This document shows, piece by piece, positions 9,621 through 19,278 of a stretch of 64,000 bases of DNA (within the stretch, counting starts at the first letter, position 1; every line of letters starts with the position of its first letter). This DNA comes from Verrucomicrobiia bacterium (GTDB lineage: Bacteria > Verrucomicrobiota > Verrucomicrobiia > Limisphaerales > DASXHY01). Location: positions 232,309 to 296,308 of the forward strand of contig DASPIL010000096.1 of the NCBI GenBank assembly GCA_035629175.1, given 5' to 3'. Made by a program: the position numbers and the translations under genes. Under the pieces are notes generated by a model that saw only the letters and a program-made list of their open reading frames with translations, was not told the origin of the DNA and did no database searches.

Positions 9621-11552
9621 CTATTTCCTTAGTTCGGGAGGGACGGGGCTGAAGAATTGGAACGAAATGCCCTCGGCATTTGCCTGGCCTGCAAGAACTG
9701 TGAACGAGAAGTATTTTGCGATCCGTTCGAACGGCGGCAGCAACGAGAAGTCGAGCCACTCCTGGAACGGATTCTCAGGCGTGAACGCAGGAATTCCGGC
9801 AGCGAGCATGGTGGGTTCCGCGTTCTCGCTCTGCTTCAACAACTCAAAAGCCGAACGCATGGTCTCCACCTGGTCTTCAAATGAGAGCCATCCCGTGTTC
9901 CCGCCGCCGACGCGTGCAATGGCTTCATTCAGCCCAGCTCGTTCGCGCAATTGCTTCTGTTCTCCCTCGGCATGACGCAGGTATTCCTCCAGCGTCGAAA
10001 CGTCAGTGCTCAACGCGAGATATCCTCCGCTCGTGGCGTAGCTCAGTTTGCCGGCCGCTTGAGGCTGGCTCAACGGGGAGCTCGGAACCGGGATCGAGTA
10101 AACCTTGCGGCCGAGGAAATCCCGTTCCTCAGGGTTCGAAGCTTCCGGGCTCATGAGTGCGAGCACCGCCTTAAACCCTGCGGCCAGCTGCTCCGGTTGC
10201 GGTGACTGAATCAGGAACAGCGACGGGGCGGATGCCAGTTCGGCGGCATTGGTGCCCCGCGGCTTTTTTTCAAACACAATGAAGTCGTCGCCGATGTTCC
10301 CAAAAAAACTTTTCTGAAGGTCGAAGTTGGGATCCTTCTGCTGCGCCGCTTCGTTGGCAGTCTTGATCATGAAATCAAGGCTGCTGTTAAAATCGGGCGA
10401 AATCTGGGCCAGCATCGCACGAAGGGTTGTCCATGCTGCGGAGCCATCGACGCGGATCCGCTGAAACTTCACCACATCCGCGGGCACAAACGGTGGCGGA
10501 AGGGCGGGCTTGCCAGAAGTCGGAAACAGCTTCAGCAGGCCCCGGCGTTCTGATTCCGGTGCGGCAAGGGAAAATCGCCCGGAGACTCCGTCGGGCGAGA
10601 GTTGAATCTCGAGTGCGGCTGACCGCAAAGCAGTCAATCCCGCAGCATCAAAGATGGCCTTGGTATTGAATACAGACTCGAGCGGGTTTTCCTCCTCGGA
10701 ATCTTCGGACTGCTTGAGGAAAAAATCCACGACTGCTTTTGCGTTGGCCCAGGCATAGAGCGGTGACTCACGAAAGACAGAGATCCGGCTGCTTTCAAAG
10801 GAAGCCTGATCGGCAAGCAACGGCGCTGAACCGCCCGTTGCGCGAATGGCAACCTGCTCCGCTGCCTTGATCGAATCCGCTGCGATGAGCAGGGATTCAT
10901 ACTGGCCAAAGACAATTTCTGCGCCTTCCTCCGTGTCGTCCCCCTCGTCTTCGCCTTCTGCTTCTTCATCGCCCTCGCCAGCATCGGAAAAGCTGTTCAG
11001 GAATTCTGGAAGATCGCCGTCGGACCAGGGCAACACTGAAAACTCGATGCCGCGCAGCGTCTCACGCTTGATTGATTTGCCCGACTCGACCCACTTCGCT
11101 TTCAGCGCAGCAAGGTTGGTTTTCAGCAGCCCCGATTCGTTGCGCGTGTCTATCAACAACACGAATCCAGGACCCTTTGAACCCGCGGCTGGGGCAGTGA
11201 TGGCCAAAGTTATTTGACCTTGGGGCAGGCGTGCAAAGGTGTCCAGGGACATGCCGAGGTCGCGTTCCAGCGGCGTGACGACCTCCTCCTGGAGCTTCTT
11301 CAGAAAATGATCCTTGAACGGCTTGATCGCCGGATCGCTCCACAATTGCGTCTGGGGTTGCGTGTTCTGTTGTTCCCGCAGCTTTGCGAAATCCGGGATG
11401 CTGAAGACGAACAATGTCTCGGCCGGCAGCAAACGTTCGGCAGCCGGGATCGCCGCAATCACAGACATCACGCCGCCCGCACAGAAGATGAGGAGCGCAG
11501 CGGCTGCGGACCGAATGTTGTTGATCATGAGAAGGCGCGGCAATGGTTTCAT
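9621..11552 (-). CDS. Hypothetical exported protein with acidic insert
   Basis: 643 aa with an ATG start. N-terminal signal/anchor (AAAALLIFCAGGVMSVIAAIPAA) and a D/E-rich stretch (DAGEGDEEAEGEDEGDDTEEGAE). No family recognised with certainty. The coding call rests on length, its position in a co-directional cluster and non-repetitive composition. Confidence 0.6.
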   Translation of the reverse strand: MKPLPRLLMINNIRSAAAALLIFCAGGVMSVIAAIPAAERLLPAETLFVFSIPDFAKLREQQNTQPQTQLWSDPAIKPFKDHFLKKLQEEVVTPLERDLGMSLDTFARLPQGQITLAITAPAAGSKGPGFVLLIDTRNESGLLKTNLAALKAKWVESGKSIKRETLRGIEFSVLPWSDGDLPEFLNSFSDAGEGDEEAEGEDEGDDTEEGAEIVFGQYESLLIAADSIKAAEQVAIRATGGSAPLLADQASFESSRISVFRESPLYAWANAKAVVDFFLKQSEDSEEENPLESVFNTKAIFDAAGLTALRSAALEIQLSPDGVSGRFSLAAPESERRGLLKLFPTSGKPALPPPFVPADVVKFQRIRVDGSAAWTTLRAMLAQISPDFNSSLDFMIKTANEAAQQKDPNFDLQKSFFGNIGDDFIVFEKKPRGTNAAELASAPSLFLIQSPQPEQLAAGFKAVLALMSPEASNPEERDFLGRKVYSIPVPSSPLSQPQAAGKLSYATSGGYLALSTDVSTLEEYLRHAEGEQKQLRERAGLNEAIARVGGGNTGWLSFEDQVETMRSAFELLKQSENAEPTMLAAGIPAFTPENPFQEWLDFSLLPPFERIAKYFSFTVLAGQANAEGISFQFFSPVPPELRK

Positions 11553-11565
11553 GAGGGCAGGGGAG

Positions 11566-12549
11566 TTATTCGAGGACAGGAGTCTGGCGCGTGCTGCTCG
11601 GCGGCTGCAGGTAGCGATAGGGATTGCTTGGATTATCGTTGGAATAGGCGTACGCCTCGCGATGATCCAGGAAGTACTTCACGGATTCGATCGGAATGGC
11701 AAAGCCGATGCCTTCGCCGAAGGTCACCTTCATATTGGTGATGCCGACGACTTCACCACTGAGATTGAAAAGCGGGCCGCCGCTGTTGCCGGGGTTAATC
11801 TGAGCGGTCGTTTGAAGGTAAAGTTCGCCCTGCATTTCCCGTGTCTTCGTGCTGAGGATTCCTTCGGTGACGGTCCTCTCCAGACCCAGCGGGCTGCCGA
11901 TGGCAAATACCCGTTCGCCGACAGCCATGGCATCGGAACTCCCGAGCATGACGAACTTGAACTTGGGGGCGTCCTTGTCATCGATCTTCAACAACGCCAT
12001 GTCCTCGAACTTGTTCATGGCAACAATGCGGACCTGGCGAAAAGTGCGGGGTTCGATCTGGCCGTTTGATTGCAGGTAAACTTCGATTGAGATCTGGGTT
12101 TCCCCTTCGATCACATGGAAATTTGTCAGCAGAAAACCATCCTCGTTGATGATGAATCCTGATCCCAAACCACCCGGCGTGCGCACCTGAACGACCGCTT
12201 CACCGATCTGCTTCACAAGGTCGCGGACATTGCTTGCTGGCCCGGGACTGCGCGGGGCGACATAAAATCGGGAAGCATCATCGCCCTGGGGAATGGCCAC
12301 GGCAGTCGAAATCGGCGGCTCAGCCGAAGCAGGGGACGACGCGGGAAGATTCGTTGCGACGATCGAGAGAATCTGATCCCGCGGAATCGTAAGGAATGTG
12401 TAGCCGAGATCCACGACCACTTCCCGGCGATTTTCCGCCACGATCTTGCCGGATACTGTGTTTTTCTCCTTCAGCTGGATCGTCGCCGCGGGCAGGGCAA
12501 GGACGCTGGCGAGCCCAAGCGCGGAAAGAACGACAGACTTTCGTAGCAT
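11566..12549 (-). CDS. Trypsin-like serine protease (S1C, HtrA-like catalytic domain, no PDZ)
   Basis: ORF 11566..12570 begins at a TTG. The ATG at 12549 gives the signal peptide MLRKSVVLSALGLASVLALPAA. Catalytic triad contexts: TNFHVIEG (His), DMALLKID (Asp), GNSGGPLF (Ser). Confidence 0.85.
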   Translation of the reverse strand: MLRKSVVLSALGLASVLALPAATIQLKEKNTVSGKIVAENRREVVVDLGYTFLTIPRDQILSIVATNLPASSPASAEPPISTAVAIPQGDDASRFYVAPRSPGPASNVRDLVKQIGEAVVQVRTPGGLGSGFIINEDGFLLTNFHVIEGETQISIEVYLQSNGQIEPRTFRQVRIVAMNKFEDMALLKIDDKDAPKFKFVMLGSSDAMAVGERVFAIGSPLGLERTVTEGILSTKTREMQGELYLQTTAQINPGNSGGPLFNLSGEVVGITNMKVTFGEGIGFAIPIESVKYFLDHREAYAYSNDNPSNPYRYLQPPSSTRQTPVLE

Positions 12550-12623
12550 TCCCAGACGGTAGTGAAGCAACTGTTATTTGACAAGGGACGGAAATTTCGG
12601 GGACCGCACCGCGTGCAATAGCT

Positions 12624-13028
12624 TCAGCGAAACCAGCTGTGGCGACGAAAGCCGCCGTGGTGGAATCCATGAGGGCGGTAGGGCCCATCGCGGCGGGCGT
12701 ACTGGCTGCCGATCACGATGACTGAAGAACCATAGTGACCCAGATTCGAGCGCGTGTATGTTCCGCGTCCGCCCGTGATGTGAATGACGGTTGAAGGCTC
12801 GGGACAATAGGCATTGGCCGTCACCTGCACTGCTGCTGCTGCCGCGGATGACAGATAATAGACCGGGGCGTAGTAATTTACGGGAGCCTGATATACCACG
12901 GGAGCCTCGTAGACGACCGGGGTTGAATAGCTGACGGTTTCAGCATAATCCGAAACGTAATTGTCGTGGGCGTTGGAGTTGGAGACGAAGGCGAGCGCCA
13001 GCACGGCCAGACATAAGGTTGCTTTCAT
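12624..13028 (-). CDS. Small secreted Tyr/Pro/Val-rich protein
   Basis: ORF 12624..13106. The ATG at 13028 gives the signal peptide MKATLCLAVLALAFVSNSNA. The mature part contains PVVYEAPVVYQAPVNYYAPVYY repeats and a basic aromatic tail GFHHGGFRRHSWFR. Confidence 0.55.
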   Translation of the reverse strand: MKATLCLAVLALAFVSNSNAHDNYVSDYAETVSYSTPVVYEAPVVYQAPVNYYAPVYYLSSAAAAAVQVTANAYCPEPSTVIHITGGRGTYTRSNLGHYGSSVIVIGSQYARRDGPYRPHGFHHGGFRRHSWFR

Positions 13029-13219
13029 AGTTCCTTTGATGTGGACGTCCGACCCGGCGTCGGAATTCAACGGGCGCAATCTGGCATGTCCGACGGCGAT
13101 TGGCAAGCAGCGTTGCAGCGTTGCACATGCCTCCGTTTACCCGATCTGAACTTGGTGAGCACACCCCTTTGCGGTTCCAGGATTGGGTGCACCTCTCATC
13201 TGCGGTGCTCCTCCGACGC

Positions 13220-13255
13220 AAATAAAAAGCGCCAGCCACGGGTGTGGCTGGCGCT
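13220..13255 (-). terminator. Rho-independent terminator downstream of clpC
   Basis: Perfect 12-bp stem agcgccagccac / gtggctggcgct (13228-13239 and 13244-13255) with a 4-nt loop. On the minus strand it is followed by TTTTTATTT (13220-13228), 18 bp after the clpC stop. Confidence 0.85.
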
Positions 13256-13272
13256 TGCGAAAATACGGCGTC

Positions 13273-15783
13273 TTAACTCGAAAGAGCGCCTTCTGTCGCA
13301 GCCTTCTGCGTAAAGATCAGCTTGTCGCCCTCAACCGTCACTACGATCGGTTCACCCTCGTGCAGGTTGCCCTTCAGAATCTCTTCTGCGAGAGGATCTT
13401 CGAGGAACTTTTCAACAGAACGGCGCATCGGACGAGCGCCATACTGAGGATCATAGCCCTTCTCCACGAGGAAGTCTTTGGCCTTCTCATCCAGCGTGAG
13501 AAGGATATTCCGGGCCTTCAGGCGGTTCAGCACCTTGCTCGTTTCGAGATCAAGAATCTCAACAAGGTCTGGTTTGGTGAGCGAACGGAAGACGATGATG
13601 TCATCAAGGCGATTCAGGAATTCCGGTCGGAACGTCTTCTTCGCTTCGTCGTTGATTTTTTCGCGCATCTTCTCGTAGCTGCTCTCGTCGCTGATCGGCG
13701 AGAAACCCATCGAGCTCTGGCGCTTGATCGTGTCGGAGCCGACATTCGATGTCATTAGGATGATCGTGTTCCGGAAGTTCACCACGCGGCCGACGTTGTC
13801 CGTCAGTTTTCCTTCTTCAAGGATCTGCAACAACATGTTCCAGACGTCGGGATGCGCTTTCTCGATTTCGTCAAAGAGCACCACGGAGTAGGGCTTGCGC
13901 CGGACCTGTTCGGTCAGCTGGCCGCCTTCCTCATATCCCACGTACCCGGGAGGCGAGCCCACCAGCCGGGAGACGTTGAACTTTTCCATGTATTCGCTCA
14001 TGTCCAGCTGGATGAGCGCTTTGGGATCGCCAAACATCTGTTCAGCCAGCGTCTTGGCTAGCAGGGTCTTGCCGACGCCTGTTGGTCCGAGCAGTGCAAA
14101 AGTCCCGATCGGGCGGCGCGGGTCCTTAAGGTCAGCGCGGGAGCGGCGCAAGGCTTTGCAGATGGCCGACACGGCTTCCTTCTGTCCCACAACGACCTTG
14201 GTCATTTCCTCTTCGACCTTCAGCAGCCGCTGCATTTCCCCTTGTTCCATCCGCTGGAGCGGTATGCCGGTCCACTTGGAGACGACCTGGAGGATGTCTT
14301 CCTCGTCCACCTTGACGCGCTTTTCTTCGCGGCTGGTGCGCCATTCCTTGAGCAGGTTTTCGAGCTTTTCCTTGGCGTGCTTCTCTTTGTCCCGCATCGC
14401 CGCGGCGCCTTCGAAATCCTGATTCTTTATGGCCCGTTCCTTCTGGGTCTTGATGTCTTCGATCTCGACTTCCAGATCTTTCACTTCGGGTGGCCGAGTC
14501 ATGGTGCCGATACGCGCGCGCGAACCGGCTTCGTCCATCAGGTCGATGGCCTTGTCCGGCAGAAAACGGTCGGTGATATACCGATCCGAAAGTTTGACGG
14601 AAGCCTCCACGGCTTTGTCGCTGAACTCGGCCTTGTGATGGTCTTCGTATTTCGGACGCAAACCTTTCAGGATGAGAATGGCTTCGTCGATGGAGGGCGC
14701 CTCAACTTTGACGGCCTGGAACCGGCGTTCAAGGGCGGCGTCCTTCTCGATGTACTTCCGATACTCATTGAGCGTTGTCGCCCCGATGCATTGGAGTTCG
14801 CCGCGGCTCAATGCGGGTTTGATGATATTGGAAGCGTCCATCGTTCCTTCGGCGGAGCCTGCGCCCACAATCGTGTGCAACTCATCGATGAAGAGGATGA
14901 TGTTCTTCGCGCGCCGGATTTCGTCCATGACGGCTTTGATGCGTTCCTCAAATTGCCCGCGATACTTCGTCCCGGCTACCATCAATGCGAGGTCGAGAGT
15001 GATCACGCGTTTCTCGCGCAACAATTCGGGGACGTTGCCCGCGGCGATTTCCTGCGCAAGGCCTTCCACGATCGCAGTCTTGCCAACGCCCGCTTCGCCC
15101 AGCAGAACCGGGTTGTTCTTCGTGCGGCGGCACAGGATTTGAATGACCCGTTCGATCTCGTTCTTGCGGCCGATGACGGGATCCATCTCGCCCTTGCGGG
15201 CAATCTCGGTGAGATCGCGTCCGAAAGCCTTCAGAGCCGGCGTCTTGACTTCGCCTTTCTTCTCACCAGGCGCGGGTTTTTCAATAGGGCCTTCACCAGG
15301 TGCAGCCGAAGCCGCTTCTTCCTGCGCAGCAAAATTGGGATCCAGTTCCTTCAGGATTTCCTGCCGTGTTTGCTCGATGTCCACGTCGAGATTTTTCAGC
15401 ACGCGTGCGGCGACGCCGTCGCCTTCCCGCAGCAAGCCGAGCAGGATATGTTCGGTGCCGACGTAGGTATGATTCAGGGCCTTGGCTTCCTTTGCTGCAA
15501 GCGCGAGGACTTTTTTGACACGCGGCGTGTACGGGATGTTGCCGATCATTTTCTGATCGGGACCCGTTCCGACCTGTTTCTCGACTTCCATGCGGACCGT
15601 TTCGAGATCCAGGCCCATTTTCTGAAGCACGTTGACGGCGACGCCCTGGCCAAGTTTGATCAAACCGAGCAGGAGATGTTCTGTGCCAACGAAGTTATGG
15701 TTGAACCGATCCGCTTCCTTCCGCGCCAGGGCGAGAACCTGTTGGGCGCGCGGTGTAAAGTTGCTCATGGCTTCATCGCTCAT
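13273..15783 (-). CDS. clpC: ATP-dependent Clp protease ATP-binding subunit ClpC
   Basis: 836 aa. Clp_N repeats ([33 protein letters not shown]), two AAA+ modules (Walker [10 protein letters not shown] and GPTGVGKTL), and a UVR-like linker ([15 protein letters not shown]). The alternative ATG at 15768 (MSNFTPRA) is equally plausible. Confidence 0.95.
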   Translation of the reverse strand: MSDEAMSNFTPRAQQVLALARKEADRFNHNFVGTEHLLLGLIKLGQGVAVNVLQKMGLDLETVRMEVEKQVGTGPDQKMIGNIPYTPRVKKVLALAAKEAKALNHTYVGTEHILLGLLREGDGVAARVLKNLDVDIEQTRQEILKELDPNFAAQEEAASAAPGEGPIEKPAPGEKKGEVKTPALKAFGRDLTEIARKGEMDPVIGRKNEIERVIQILCRRTKNNPVLLGEAGVGKTAIVEGLAQEIAAGNVPELLREKRVITLDLALMVAGTKYRGQFEERIKAVMDEIRRAKNIILFIDELHTIVGAGSAEGTMDASNIIKPALSRGELQCIGATTLNEYRKYIEKDAALERRFQAVKVEAPSIDEAILILKGLRPKYEDHHKAEFSDKAVEASVKLSDRYITDRFLPDKAIDLMDEAGSRARIGTMTRPPEVKDLEVEIEDIKTQKERAIKNQDFEGAAAMRDKEKHAKEKLENLLKEWRTSREEKRVKVDEEDILQVVSKWTGIPLQRMEQGEMQRLLKVEEEMTKVVVGQKEAVSAICKALRRSRADLKDPRRPIGTFALLGPTGVGKTLLAKTLAEQMFGDPKALIQLDMSEYMEKFNVSRLVGSPPGYVGYEEGGQLTEQVRRKPYSVVLFDEIEKAHPDVWNMLLQILEEGKLTDNVGRVVNFRNTIILMTSNVGSDTIKRQSSMGFSPISDESSYEKMREKINDEAKKTFRPEFLNRLDDIIVFRSLTKPDLVEILDLETSKVLNRLKARNILLTLDEKAKDFLVEKGYDPQYGARPMRRSVEKFLEDPLAEEILKGNLHEGEPIVVTVEGDKLIFTQKAATEGALSS

Positions 15784-15801
15784 AATAAAATCACAATGCT
15801 T

Positions 15802-16914
15802 TTATTTTTCCGGTTTGTCCAATCCCGTACCCTGCCCACCCTTCGGCCGTGAAATCGGCCTGCTGACCTGCTTCAACCGCTCGCGAACCATGTCAGCGCG
15901 GAGCAGGTCGCGTTCCTCCGCCGAGAGCTTTTCTGAATGCTGCTGCTGCAGGTGCGCCGGCTGCGTCAGGATGAACAACTCGTCCACCAGCGACCGCTCG
16001 ACTCCCGGAAACACACCCACATCGACGCCCAGGCGCATCAACGAAAGCAGATTCATCGTTTCTTTCGAAGAAATACTGTGTGCATTCGCAAGGATGCCAT
16101 AGGCCCGGCCGATATGGTTGAAGACCATCTTGGGCTTTTTCTCCAGCAGTGTGGCCCGCGCGTTCTCCTCGTGCTCAATGATCTGGGCGAGAACTTTCTC
16201 CAACCGCTCCACGATCGCGCTTTCCGATTCCCCCAGTGTCATTTGATTGGACACCTGGAACACATTTCCGAGCGCCTCCGTCCCTTCTCCGTATAATCCG
16301 CGCACAGCCAGGCCCAGTTTGTTGACTGACTGGATGATCGGATTGATCTGCTCTGCGAGCACCAGTCCTGGGAGGTGCAACATCGCGCTCACCCGAATGC
16401 CTGTACCTATATTGGTGGGGCAGGCGGTCAGGTAACCCAGGTCGGGGTTGAAGGCGTAGTCGAGCTTCTTCTCAAGCGTGGAATCGAAGGCGTCAATGGC
16501 CGTCCACGCCTGCCGCAACTGCAACCCTGGGCGCAACGCCTGCATGCGCAGATGATCCTCTTCATTGATCATCACACAGAGGGTTTCGTCCCGATTCAAA
16601 ACAAGCCCGCTGCCGGCGCTTTTTGCCGCGTGTTCACGACTGATCAGATGCCGTTCCACGAGAATTTGTTTATCCAGTGTGGTAAGATTGTCCATCGATT
16701 GCGAGAAGGCATCCTTCATCTCGGGAAGATGCTCCACGGCGGGGCGAATGATATCCAGGACACGCACACGTTCCGGCTTTTTGGCCCAACCCGGAAATGC
16801 CGCCTCGCGAATGTTTCGCGCCAGGCGAACCCGGCTGGACATGACAATTCGATCGTGCGGTCCTTTGCGTCGGGCAGTGTCGGCCGGTGGAATCAGGAAC
16901 TCATGAATGTCCAT
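15802..16914 (-). CDS. mcsB: Protein arginine kinase McsB (ATP:guanido phosphotransferase)
   Basis: 370 aa. SSRVRLARNIREAAFPGW and the guanidino-kinase active-site block CPTNIGTGIRVSAMLHLPGL. It sits between mcsA and clpC. Confidence 0.9.
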   Translation of the reverse strand: MDIHEFLIPPADTARRKGPHDRIVMSSRVRLARNIREAAFPGWAKKPERVRVLDIIRPAVEHLPEMKDAFSQSMDNLTTLDKQILVERHLISREHAAKSAGSGLVLNRDETLCVMINEEDHLRMQALRPGLQLRQAWTAIDAFDSTLEKKLDYAFNPDLGYLTACPTNIGTGIRVSAMLHLPGLVLAEQINPIIQSVNKLGLAVRGLYGEGTEALGNVFQVSNQMTLGESESAIVERLEKVLAQIIEHEENARATLLEKKPKMVFNHIGRAYGILANAHSISSKETMNLLSLMRLGVDVGVFPGVERSLVDELFILTQPAHLQQQHSEKLSAEERDLLRADMVRERLKQVSRPISRPKGGQGTGLDKPEK

Positions 16915-16918
16915 GTCA

Positions 16919-17428
16919 TCAAGTGGCTGCTATGTTGCTAAGCTTCGCGTTCATCTGCTTGATCTCGTCCCTGAGTTGCGCAGCCTGCTCGAAGTTCTCT
17001 TCCTGAATGGCCTTTGCGAGTTTCTTCTGCAACAGCTTCAACCGATCCGATATGTCACGCGACTGGCGCAAGGATTCCGGAACTTTGCCGACATGACGCG
17101 TTCCCTTGTGCATGGACTTCAGCAATCCATCCAGGCCGTCCGCGAAGGTTTTATAGCAATCCGGGCAGCCGAGACGCCCAGCTTTTTTGAAATCGGCCTG
17201 CGTGAAGCCGCATCGCGGGCATTTGAGGTCGACGCCTCCGGCTGATTGTTCCATTTCCTGCGAGGCGCCGAGCCCGAGCAAAAGGTCAGCAAGCGAGAAT
17301 CCGGTGGGATCATTGACTCCCTTCGTCTTCGCGCATTCTTCGCAAAGGTCCACCTTCTGCATTTTTTCACCAGCGATCTGGGTTAAATGCACGGTGGCTT
17401 CGCGTTCCTTGCAGATGCAGCACAGCAT
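16919..17428 (-). CDS. mcsA: McsA-like UvrB/UvrC-motif zinc-finger protein (McsB activator)
   Basis: 169 aa. CCICKE...CEECA and CPRCG...CPDCY Cys pairs, plus a C-terminal UVR motif EENFEQAAQLRDEIKQM. A 4-bp gap separates it from mcsB. Confidence 0.85.
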   Translation of the reverse strand: MLCCICKEREATVHLTQIAGEKMQKVDLCEECAKTKGVNDPTGFSLADLLLGLGASQEMEQSAGGVDLKCPRCGFTQADFKKAGRLGCPDCYKTFADGLDGLLKSMHKGTRHVGKVPESLRQSRDISDRLKLLQKKLAKAIQEENFEQAAQLRDEIKQMNAKLSNIAAT

Positions 17429-17432
17429 AAAT

Positions 17433-18305
17433 CTAATCGTATATCGGCTCCCCTGAGACTTTCGTCAAGGAATGGTAATCCGCGACCAGTGACCGCGTCA
17501 GCGCTCCCGGTTTTCCATCTCCAATCACGCGTGCATCGATCTTAACAATCGGGACGATTTCCGCGCCTGTTCCGGTTACAAAACACTCATCCGCATTGAA
17601 CAGGTCATAGCGGGTGAGATTTGGTTCAGACACTTCCATTCCGCGTTTTTGGGCAATGTCGATCACAGTCTGGCGCGTGATTCCATAAAGCGCCCCGGCC
17701 GACAAGGGAGGCGTGAGGAGTTTGCCCTCCTTGATGATGAAAATGTTATCGCCCGTGCATTCGGCAACATAGCCGTCGGCATTCAACATCACGGCTTCTT
17801 CACAGCCCGCGTTGTTGGCTTCAATCTTCGCGAGGATGTTGTTGAGATAATTGAGCGACTTGATCGCGGGGTTCACTGCGCTGTGCAGGTTGCGAACAGT
17901 CGGAACCGTGATGATTTCCATACCGCGGTCATACAACTCCTCAGGATAAAGCTGGATCTTGTCCGCAATCACGATCACTGACGGATTTTTGCAGCGGTTC
18001 GGATTCAGCCCGAGCGTTCCGACTCCGCGGGTGACGATCAATCGAATGTAGCCGTCCCGCAGGTTGTTTGCGCGGCAGCTGTCCACGACCGCCTTCATGA
18101 CTGCCGCGTGGGGCATTGGGATTGTGAGGAGGATCGCCTTGGCAGAGTAGAACAGGCGGTCGATGTGCTCCTTGAGCTTGAAGACGCGGCCATTGTAAGC
18201 CCGAATCCCCTCGAAGATCCCGTCGCCATAAAGCAACCCGTGATCAAAAACGGACACTTTGGCGTCCTGTTCGTCACAGAATTTTCCGTCCAGATAAACT
18301 TTCAT
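17433..18305 (-). CDS. ilvE: Branched-chain amino acid aminotransferase (class IV)
   Basis: ORF 17433..18401. The ATG at 18305 gives MKVYLDGKFCDEQDAKVSVFDHGLLYGDGIFEGIRAYNGRVF, the canonical IlvE N-terminus. The upstream 32 codons look like a spurious extension. Confidence 0.9.
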   Translation of the reverse strand: MKVYLDGKFCDEQDAKVSVFDHGLLYGDGIFEGIRAYNGRVFKLKEHIDRLFYSAKAILLTIPMPHAAVMKAVVDSCRANNLRDGYIRLIVTRGVGTLGLNPNRCKNPSVIVIADKIQLYPEELYDRGMEIITVPTVRNLHSAVNPAIKSLNYLNNILAKIEANNAGCEEAVMLNADGYVAECTGDNIFIIKEGKLLTPPLSAGALYGITRQTVIDIAQKRGMEVSEPNLTRYDLFNADECFVTGTGAEIVPIVKIDARVIGDGKPGALTRSLVADYHSLTKVSGEPIYD

Positions 18306-18404
18306 GCTCGTGCGGGCCAAGCTATTGAAAGGCAGAATGCGACGCAAACGCGAATTTTTCGTGACATGCTCCTTTTGCTGATTATATTTTGCGCCGCTCA
18401 AGAC

Positions 18405-18479
18405 GACCCTATGGTCTAGCGGTTAGGACACTGCCCTTTCACGGCGGTAGCTCGGGTTCGATTCCCGATAGGGTCGCCA
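18405..18479 (+). tRNA. tRNA-Glu (anticodon TTC)
   Basis: GACCCTATGGTCTAGCGGTTAGGACACTGCCCTTTCACGGCGGTAGCTCGGGTTCGATTCCCGATAGGGTCGCCA. The acceptor stem gacccta/tagggtc pairs, the anticodon loop is CTTTCAC, the T-loop is GGTTCGATTCC and CCA is encoded. Closely resembles bacterial tRNA-Glu. Confidence 0.95.
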
Positions 18480-18533
18480 CTTCCGTTCAAAGAAGGATGA
18501 TTCTCCCGTTGCGAAGCAGGCACCGCTGCGACC

Positions 18534-18689
18534 TCACCACCGGCGCCGCCGGCCGTGCCGCTTGCGATGAATTCGGGTATCGATGACGAAGGCTGCGAAG
18601 ATAATGAACGCGAGGAGCAGCAGAATCAGGAGCCCTGGCTTTGCACGCCAAACCTGCTCAAAGCTTTCAGTCAGGCCCGTCCAGTTCAT
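18534..18689 (-). CDS. Possible 51-aa single-pass membrane peptide
   Basis: Below the ORF-track size cutoff. Own translation: MNWTGLTESFEQVWRAKPGLLILLLLAFIIFAAFVIDTRIHRKRHGRRRRW. It has one clear TM helix followed by a basic tail. Supported only by composition. Confidence 0.3.
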   Translation of the reverse strand: MNWTGLTESFEQVWRAKPGLLILLLLAFIIFAAFVIDTRIHRKRHGRRRRW

Positions 18690-18777
18690 GGTTGAACCTT
18701 ACACCCGTTTTTCCGGGAGAGAAGCTGTATTGTCGTCAATGATCATCCAGCCGTTGAAATGCAAAACGGATTGCGGC

Positions 18778-18806
18778 AAAAAAAATGCGGCTCCACTCGG
18801 AGCCGC
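18778..18806 (-). terminator. Rho-independent terminator after the 73-aa gene
   Basis: 8-bp GC stem gcggctcc/ggagccgc (18787-18794, 18799-18806) with a 4-nt loop. On the minus strand it is followed by ATTTTTTTT (18778-18786). Confidence 0.8.
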
Positions 18807-18904
18807 CGTGATTGCCACTCTCAATCACATTGCGATGCCACTCTACCACCGCCCATTTTGGGACAAATGGGGTAAAACCCGCAGCAGCTGTTCAACGCCG
18901 CGGC

Positions 18905-19126
18905 TCAGGCAATCGCAAGGAGAGTTGTGGTCCCGGCATGGGCAGGTTCGGCTTCGTTTGCGAGCGGCGCGGCTTCAGCCGGAACCGCTTCGTGCAGGAT
19001 CTGCGGATATTCGCGATTGAGCTCCTCCACCAGGCGCTCCGCTTCGCCCTGTTCGAAAACCTTGGTGCCTTTGCCCGCGCGGCCGTTCACTGTGGATTTC
19101 CATTGAATGACGTAGTTTTTGTTCAT
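18905..19126 (-). CDS. Small hypothetical protein (73 aa)
   Basis: ATG start, balanced composition (MNKNYVIQWKSTVNGRAGKGTKVFEQGEAERLVEELNREYPQILHE...), and a strong intrinsic terminator about 100 bp downstream on the same strand. No family recognised. Confidence 0.5.
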   Translation of the reverse strand: MNKNYVIQWKSTVNGRAGKGTKVFEQGEAERLVEELNREYPQILHEAVPAEAAPLANEAEPAHAGTTTLLAIA

Positions 19127-19278
19127 GCTTGGTTACCTACGTCCGCAAGTACAATGCCTAAAGTGGGTATAACCCGAGAAACCGCAGGAATTTTGCAGCG
19201 ATGAGCCTGGGGTGTCGAGTGAATGGCCGAGCTGGCTCGGAAAACGAATGTTCTTCAATGGTTGACCGTCAGTTGTTC

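Noticed and set aside
14242-15852. 536-aa plus-strand ORF, and several 60-175-aa ORFs between 13183 and 16102
   Set aside because: They are antisense to clpC and mcsB, whose motifs are unambiguous. The products are compositionally skewed with no recognisable domains.
18583-19020. 145-aa plus-strand ORF downstream of tRNA-Glu
   Set aside because: It overlaps the two minus-strand small genes and reads straight through the minus-strand terminator hairpin. It has no motif. The minus-strand interpretation is better supported by the terminator orientation (T-tract on the minus strand).
18405-19200. tRNA-Glu as a possible integration site for a mobile element
   Set aside because: There is no integrase or recombinase, no repeat of the tRNA 3' end and no phage or IS genes within several kb on either side.
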